DNA of 64,000 nucleotides from Calditrichales bacterium. Lineage in GTDB: Bacteria; Calditrichota; Calditrichia; Calditrichales; J004. The DNA lies in NCBI GenBank assembly GCA_965267575.1, contig OZ254086.1:3648001-3712000 (forward strand), read 5' to 3'. Shown piece by piece: positions 59,101 through 64,000 of this stretch. The notes under the pieces were generated by a model. That model had not been told where the DNA came from. It saw nothing but the letters and a program-made list of their open reading frames with translations, and searched no databases. A program made the translations under genes and the position numbers. Each line of letters begins with the position of its first letter. Within the stretch, counting starts at the first letter, position 1.

Positions 59101-60160
59101 TGCTGACGTTTTGCAGTACAATCCCTTGTCGGGAGAAGCACTGCTCGGTCTGGGGCTGGTCAACCGGTCGCGCGGCGATAATGAGCCGGCCAAGACATTT
59201 TTCCAGCGCTGCCTGGATCACTATCCGGATAACCCGCATGTATATAATCAATTAGGCATGATCGCTTTTGTGGAAAAGGATATTCCGGCGGCCGAAAACT
59301 ATTTTATTACTGCCATAAGTAAAGACCCGGCCTTTGTGGACGCACAGCGTAATTACGGCCAGGTTTTAATCGAAAAAGGTGATTACCAGAACGGTGTACT
59401 GGCCTTTAACCGGATATTGAAAAACCATCCGAACGACCTGCCCAGCCTGGTCACTTTGGCCGGATTTTGCCTTGAAGCAGGCAAAGCAGAACAGGCGCTG
59501 GAGTATATCGCGCAAGCGGAAACAGTTGATCGTGACGATCCCGATGTAATTGAAATGCGCAGAATGGCTGATGCCCAGGTTCGAAGCCTGCCTGACAATG
59601 CTGCAGAACCCGAACCAACAAACGAAACTCTTGACCGTGCTGACGAGCTTCTGGAAAAAGGTGACGTGCAGGAAGCCGCGGAAATTTATCAGACATATCT
59701 CAAGAAGGAAAATAACGGTCATAGCGTGCGCGCCTGGTTTGGCCTTGGTCTGGCCTTCCAAATGCAGCAAAAGCCATCGGAAGCTTTGAACTGCTTCGAA
59801 AAACTTCTGGCACTGGACGGATCCTTCGGCGATGCTTACAGCCATGCGGGTTTGGCCGCATTTGCAACGGGCGCAACAGAGCAGGCCACAGATTATTTTC
59901 GAACGGCAGCCCAAATAAAGCAAACAGCGCACGCCAAGCGTATGCTAGCCGATGCCCTGATCGAAACCGGCGTATACGAGGAAGGCGTCGCACTGCTGAT
60001 ACAAACGCTTCAGGAACACCCTGATGACGCGGATACGATAGATCGCGTTGCCGAAATTTACGGGGAGGCCGGCAAAGCAGAGGAAGCTGAAAAGCTGTTC
60101 AGCCGGGCGGCCCTATTAAGAGAGCAATTTTCTGCTGATACCGTAAGTATGCAGGATTGA
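56174..60160 (+). CDS. Multidomain glycosyltransferase: methyltransferase-like remnant, three GT2 domains and TPRs
   Basis: Three PL(V/A)SI GT2 starts with FLNDDD, LNNDT and LNNDV acidic motifs; C-terminal TPR array. Confidence 0.88.
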   Translation: MKKTIMTIGSTVKRGDIHIEQGQINIAALEKLNLKRDAYDIIYCQVDWNNVEKGTAFRLMRQLKLALNDGGILRIRKEQSQSTFIESCFNEFGFDAIDEAKNDPAYEKAGGHLLLKKKQSKAVTAEPLVSILIPAYRGTFLKEALESAFGQTYKNIEIILCDDDESGGVRNAAEPYLDNPLFHYHKNPTNVGSRRNYALCVEKSSGDYIKFLNDDDILDAECVERMTAVLNAHDNVQLVTSYRKLIDETGNVLPDSFNTPLKNFPAILDGASLTEYIINRGQNVIGEPTTVMFRRKALQRIKPDMFSYAGETALRNGDLHLWLSLLLQGDAAWLPGVLSFFRLHEGQEQKQARFLEQAQMAWEDLKNRTEARGYDASGGTGEIKYVMMVSEDDVFSTSLRGTVSKKPLASIVIPVFNKVEFTRACLKKLYENTDAGLFEIIIVDNASSDGTAAFLEKAQKHFPNLKVISNTENAGFSGANNQGARMAQGKYILMLNNDTEPQPGWLEAMLEIAEHDSRVGAVGSKLLFPDGTIQHAGVAIYDDSAWGGETFVPRHVYYTHAADYPDANKARCYQVLTGAALLIRKKLYDAMNGLDERFWNGYEDVDFCLRLGEKGYLCVYQPKSVIVHHESQSGSERFRKVNHNIRLLAELWDDKIKHDVRITQNNQIEVLPTRRFFDYEGPAGTTLNTDDPRPLVSIIMLTCNALEYTKKCVASLYEHTFYPFELILVDNASSDGTRGYLKKLSRQKENITLVLNKQNKGFAAGNNQGVKKARGRYIMLLNNDVIVSTGWLEEMVSAYERDDQIGMVGPLTNSISGLQMLQNLPYKDIPGFHKFAAEFRAAHRGKVTPRRRIAGFAVLMSRELYRQVKGLDESFGVGNFEDDDLCLKVREKGYAIMVAEGAFIHHFGSQSFKANGVNIIHSLEEKGQVFRKKWPHVDYDELLEIKNPLHEAHPRQIAAAMEQIELGRFDEAEKLFADVLQYNPLSGEALLGLGLVNRSRGDNEPAKTFFQRCLDHYPDNPHVYNQLGMIAFVEKDIPAAENYFITAISKDPAFVDAQRNYGQVLIEKGDYQNGVLAFNRILKNHPNDLPSLVTLAGFCLEAGKAEQALEYIAQAETVDRDDPDVIEMRRMADAQVRSLPDNAAEPEPTNETLDRADELLEKGDVQEAAEIYQTYLKKENNGHSVRAWFGLGLAFQMQQKPSEALNCFEKLLALDGSFGDAYSHAGLAAFATGATEQATDYFRTAAQIKQTAHAKRMLADALIETGVYEEGVALLIQTLQEHPDDADTIDRVAEIYGEAGKAEEAEKLFSRAALLREQFSADTVSMQD

Positions 60161-60166
60161 GGAAGC

Positions 60167-61129
60167 ATGTTACTTAGCCTATGCATGATTGTTAAAAACG
60201 AAGAAGAGGTATTGGGAGATTGCCTCGCTTCGGCAAAGGCTGTTGTGGATGAAATGGTCATTGTCGATACAGGCTCAAACGATGCTACAATTGAAATAGC
60301 TGAAAGCCACGGAGCTAAAGTTATAAAAACACGCTGGACAGATAATTTCAGTACGGCGCGTAATATCGCTTTGCAAAATGCCGGCGCCAAATGGATTTTG
60401 CATCTGGATGCTGATGAGCGTGTTGCTGCTGTAAGCGCGACCAATCTGCGGTCGTATTTACAGCAATGCCGTGCCGGCGGTCTCCAGGTTATCGTGAGGA
60501 ATCACCAGCCGGCCGGGGATATGGTGCGCTACAGCGACGAACGACAGGTGCGCGTTTTCCGCAACAGGGAAGACGTACGCTATCGCAACAGCGTGCACGA
60601 ACAGATCGTCCCGTCCATCATTAATGCCGGGCTGACACTTGAGGATTGTAGCCTCATTATCGAGCACTTTGGTTACTGCCAAACCGATAATGAACGTCAC
60701 CGACGTAATCTGCGTCTTTTGCAGCTTGACCGGAATAACAGCGAAAACGACGGCTATTTCCACTTTAAGCTGGGCGAAACTTATAAAGCATTGAAGCAAT
60801 GGGGCATGGCCAACGAGGAATTGTCTCGCGCCCTGCATCTTTTCAAGCACTCTGAAGAATTGGAGTTGTTATCGCTTATCCATTTAAGACTGGCGCAGAT
60901 TGCATTAATGCGTAACGCCTACCATGATGCCATACTTAATGCCGATTGCGCCATACACCTTGGGCACGATCGTGAGCTGGCTCTTTACATAAAAGGCGTG
61001 GCCCTGATGTACAGGCAACGTATCACAGACGCTTTCCCCGTTTTTGAAGAATTGCTCGCCTCGCCCAATACAGCCCACCTTGATCTGGGTGATGTGCAGA
61101 AGCTTGTTAAAGCGCTGGAGGCCGTCTGA
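60167..61129 (+). CDS. GT2 glycosyltransferase with TPRs
   Basis: LSLCMIVKNEE, VDTGSND, FSTARN, LDADE, VHEQ and HFGY. Confidence 0.9.
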   Translation: MLLSLCMIVKNEEEVLGDCLASAKAVVDEMVIVDTGSNDATIEIAESHGAKVIKTRWTDNFSTARNIALQNAGAKWILHLDADERVAAVSATNLRSYLQQCRAGGLQVIVRNHQPAGDMVRYSDERQVRVFRNREDVRYRNSVHEQIVPSIINAGLTLEDCSLIIEHFGYCQTDNERHRRNLRLLQLDRNNSENDGYFHFKLGETYKALKQWGMANEELSRALHLFKHSEELELLSLIHLRLAQIALMRNAYHDAILNADCAIHLGHDRELALYIKGVALMYRQRITDAFPVFEELLASPNTAHLDLGDVQKLVKALEAV

Positions 61130-62481
61130 TGGCCAAACCAACCATCTCCGTCTGTCTGATCGTGAAGAATGAAGAGCACTTCCTGGGGGAATGTCTGCAA
61201 AGCATAAAACCGGTCGCAGACCAGATTGTATTAGTGGACACGGGCAGCACGGACAAAACGATCGCTATTGCCGAACGTTTTAACGCCGAGGTGAACCATT
61301 TTACGTGGTGCGACGATTTTGCAGCCGCCCGCAACGCTTCACTGGAAAAAGCCCGCGGCGATTACATCCTCTGGCTGGATGCCGACGAACGCCTGACAGC
61401 GGATTCGATCTCGTTTTTGCAAAACCTGCCCGCACCTGTAACGGGTACTCCACGCGCTTTCCAGGTGCAAATAAACAATCACACAAAGGATAATGCCAGC
61501 TTTTATGTTTCCACGGCCTATAGGCTTTTTCAACGTCACCCGAAATTGCGCTTTGAAAACCGCATCCACGAACGGCTTACCTACAATGCCAGGGGACAAG
61601 TGCGCGTGGAAAGGGCGAAAGTAACCCTTGAACACCTCGGGTATGCCCTGGATGAAGCACAAACCGAACGCAAAGCGCAGCGCAATCTGCAGTTATTGCT
61701 TAGGATGGTCAAGGAACAGCCAAACAGCGCTTATGCCCATTTTACCCTGGCGCAGCAATACAATCTTCAAAAAAAGCATGAAGATGCTTTAAAACACTTT
61801 AAAAAGGCTTGCGACCTAGACCAGTTTGAAAAAGAGATGAGCGCCTCGCTGCTTAATATGATGGCTGAAACCAACTTTCAACTTGGAAAGATTGAAGAGT
61901 CGCTGCAACTGGCTGCGCGCTCCGCGCAGATGATTCCCGGGCAGGTATCAGCATACTATGTGCAATTTCTGTGTGCTCAAAAACGGCAACAGTGGGCTGC
62001 CGCCGCCGAAGCAGTGGCCGAGATGCGAATTCAAAACCGGCGCATCGCAGAAAAAGGCTGGAGCATATCAAACGACATTATTCTCGATGACGCGCTTCTC
62101 CTGCGCACCGGTGCAGAAATGCGTTTCCGCGCGGGGCAATTTAAAGCAGCACTCGAACTTTTTGACAAGCTACCTCAAAATGCCGAAGATAGACCTTCGC
62201 TGGAAATGGCCGTACAATGCGCCCTAAAGTCCGGAGAGCTCGGCAAAGCTCGCACCGCGCTTGAAAAGTTGATAACCAAAAACCCTGCGGTACAGGCTTA
62301 TTATGAATTGCTTGGAACGGTCCTGATCAAGCTTCAGGATTTCGCTGCCGCGATTGATTTGTATACGCGATTCGGCGAACGTTTCGGTATGAACGAACAG
62401 GTTACAAAAAGACTTGCCGGCCTTTATGTTAAAACCGGTAATCATGCCATGGCCGGCACAATACTTTCAGACCATCCTTAA
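61129..62481 (+). CDS. GT2 glycosyltransferase with TPRs
   Basis: ISVCLIVKNEE, VDTGSTD, FAAARN, LDADE, IHE and HLGY; TGATG coupling to the previous gene. Confidence 0.9.
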   Translation: MAKPTISVCLIVKNEEHFLGECLQSIKPVADQIVLVDTGSTDKTIAIAERFNAEVNHFTWCDDFAAARNASLEKARGDYILWLDADERLTADSISFLQNLPAPVTGTPRAFQVQINNHTKDNASFYVSTAYRLFQRHPKLRFENRIHERLTYNARGQVRVERAKVTLEHLGYALDEAQTERKAQRNLQLLLRMVKEQPNSAYAHFTLAQQYNLQKKHEDALKHFKKACDLDQFEKEMSASLLNMMAETNFQLGKIEESLQLAARSAQMIPGQVSAYYVQFLCAQKRQQWAAAAEAVAEMRIQNRRIAEKGWSISNDIILDDALLLRTGAEMRFRAGQFKAALELFDKLPQNAEDRPSLEMAVQCALKSGELGKARTALEKLITKNPAVQAYYELLGTVLIKLQDFAAAIDLYTRFGERFGMNEQVTKRLAGLYVKTGNHAMAGTILSDHP

Positions 62482-62507
62482 CGTTAATTCAATATTTTTC
62501 CCGCCGC

Positions 62508-62536
62508 TTGACATCTGGCTTTCAATATTCTAATAT
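62508..62536 (+). promoter_or_regulatory. Sigma70-type promoter for the HU genes
   Basis: TTGACA-N17-TAATAT. Confidence 0.7.
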
Positions 62537-62569
62537 CTGTGTGGTAGTCTAAATTCATAAAAAACAGCC

Positions 62570-62845
62570 ATGAACACCTCTGAAGTTATCCGTGAACTCG
62601 CCAAAAGGCTGGACAAGCCGCAAAGTGAAATCCAGAGGCAGCTCACTTCCGTTGTAGACGTTTTCCGCAAATTTTTGTCCGAAAACACCCGTTTTATGAT
62701 CCCCAATTTTGGCACTTTTGATACCGAAGAACGCAAAACCCGCAAAGCATTCAACCCCCATTACAAAAAAATGATGGTCATTCCGGCTAAAATCGTCGGC
62801 GTTTTCCGGCCGGCAAAAGCCTTGAAAGATGAAACAAACCGGTAA
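62570..62845 (+). CDS. HU/IHF family DNA-binding protein
   Basis: 91 aa; MNTSEVIRELA, IPNFGTF, RKAFNP and FRPAKALKD. Confidence 0.9.
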   Translation: MNTSEVIRELAKRLDKPQSEIQRQLTSVVDVFRKFLSENTRFMIPNFGTFDTEERKTRKAFNPHYKKMMVIPAKIVGVFRPAKALKDETNR

Positions 62846-62851
62846 AGTGTT

Positions 62852-64000
62852 ATGATAAAAAAAATAACATTTGAAGAATTGGTTGATACGGCAGCGGAGA
62901 AAAGTGATAGCTCCAAAGCGTTCACACGGGATTTCATCCGGGAGATGGCCAACGTCATTCAGATGGGCCTTGTCAGGGATGGTGTCGTAAATATAAGCGG
63001 CTTTGGCATTTTTCGGTTGCAGGATGTGGATAGCCGCAAAGGACGTAATCCTCAAACGGGCGAAGAGATAACAATCCCATCGCACAAAAAAGTGCTGTTT
63101 AAGCCGGAGAAATCGCTGCGTGAGATTATCAACAAGCGCTATGAACACCTTGAGCCGCAAATAATTGATGACGGCCCGGGGCGAGTAGAAAAAAAAGAAA
63201 AGCCCGTTGAGCCGGAGAATGTTGGCGCCGCCTTTTTCAACGAAGCGATGGATGCGGACTTAAAAAAAAGCACAGAAAAGCCTATAACGCCGGCGGAACC
63301 GCAAAAAGAGGAAGAAAAGGAACCTGTAATAGCGCCACACGCTGCGCCGCAAAACAGGCCGCAGGAGGCGAAGCAAAAAAAGAGCAAAACTATTCCGATT
63401 GCGGCAGCGCTCATTGTTGTCCTGATACTTATCCTTTTTGTTTATAATTATGATTCGGAAGACGCGGGGCAGGAGAGCGAGCTTGCTGAAAGCGCGCCTG
63501 TTGAACATATTGAACAACCCGAAGCGCCAGTTCAAAACCAGGATGGCGAGAAACCGGTCGAATCATCTTCAGTTGAGGAGACCGCGGCACCCGTTCAGCA
63601 AAAGCCGGAACGGGCACAGCCGGAAGAAGTTGAGCACGCCATAAACGAGGGGGAAAACCTGTGGCAATTGGCTCAACGTTATTATGATGACGGCTATAAA
63701 TGGCCGCTCATTTTGCTTGAAAATCGTGACCGTTTAAGCGATCCTGATTTTGTGCCAGAAGGGGTTGTGCTAAATATTCCGGTTGTTGAGAAAAACGGCG
63801 GCGACAATGACTCTGAACTTAAAAGCAGGCTGGCCCAGGGTCACCTGCTGGCGTATAACGCGTACAAAAATAAAGACAATGCCTCGGCACTAAATCACCT
63901 TTATGTTGCATATCGCTATGACGAAACGCAGGTCAATGCTTCTATGGCCACCGTGGATGAACAGGATTACCAGACAATTATCAATTATCCGGGAGTGGTT
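62852..64000 (+). CDS. HU-domain / TM / LysM fusion protein (3' truncated by window edge; missing from the ORF track)
   Basis: Translated by hand with no stop to the window end. It gives an HU domain (ISGFGIF, GRNPQTGEEITIP, FKPEKSLRE), a P/E-rich linker, TM IPIAAALIVVLILILFVY and LysM HAINEGENLWQLAQRYYDDGYKWPLI...LNIP. Confidence 0.85.
   Translation, partial: MIKKITFEELVDTAAEKSDSSKAFTRDFIREMANVIQMGLVRDGVVNISGFGIFRLQDVDSRKGRNPQTGEEITIPSHKKVLFKPEKSLREIINKRYEHLEPQIIDDGPGRVEKKEKPVEPENVGAAFFNEAMDADLKKSTEKPITPAEPQKEEEKEPVIAPHAAPQNRPQEAKQKKSKTIPIAAALIVVLILILFVYNYDSEDAGQESELAESAPVEHIEQPEAPVQNQDGEKPVESSSVEETAAPVQQKPERAQPEEVEHAINEGENLWQLAQRYYDDGYKWPLILLENRDRLSDPDFVPEGVVLNIPVVEKNGGDNDSELKSRLAQGHLLAYNAYKNKDNASALNHLYVAYRYDETQVNASMATVDEQDYQTIINYPGVV

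Noticed and set aside
62555..63644. ORF-track calls 62555-63160 (-), 63139-63617 (-) and 63438-63644 (+)
   Set aside because: They overlap the HU gene and the HU-TM-LysM frame starting at 62852, which has clear domain motifs.
1..64000. CRISPR arrays, tRNA/rRNA genes, transposases, prophage or defence genes
   Set aside because: None recognised by eye. Coding density is very high and all spacers are under 300 nt.

Overview
The window is one nearly continuous, + strand motility supercluster from a diderm bacterium. The P- and L-ring genes show it is diderm; the gene content loosely suggests a Calditrichota/FCB-like lineage, which is inference only. Positions 1-14.4 kb hold chemotaxis and signalling genes: the end of cheA, cheW, a YfiR-like secreted protein, an MCP, cheR/B/D, two cheY, cheX-like and cheZ-like phosphatases, a FapA/DUF342 protein, several receiver proteins and a sigma54 activator. 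Positions 14.7-51.2 kb hold a near-complete flagellar basal body, hook, motor and export set (flgB to flgL), with no flagellin, fliD, fliS, flgM, fliW or csrA seen in the window. Positions 51.2-62.5 kb hold a glycan modification island coupled to flgL (GNAT, two sulfotransferase-like, two DegT-fold and three GT2-TPR genes). The window ends with an HU gene and an HU-TM-LysM fusion cut by the edge. Main findings: (1) a structured RNA leader directly upstream of flgE, next to a flagellar operon protein with a RelE/DUF4258-like RNase signature; (2) three sigma54 promoters sharing a tandem GGAAAAWTTTTCC enhancer and an IHF-like site; (3) a YfiR-like protein paired with a CHASE8-like chemoreceptor; (4) several apparently inactivated signalling domains; (5) an FlgH with no lipobox; (6) a FliK with an internal duplicated domain. 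All family assignments come from reading motifs by eye; no database searches were run.
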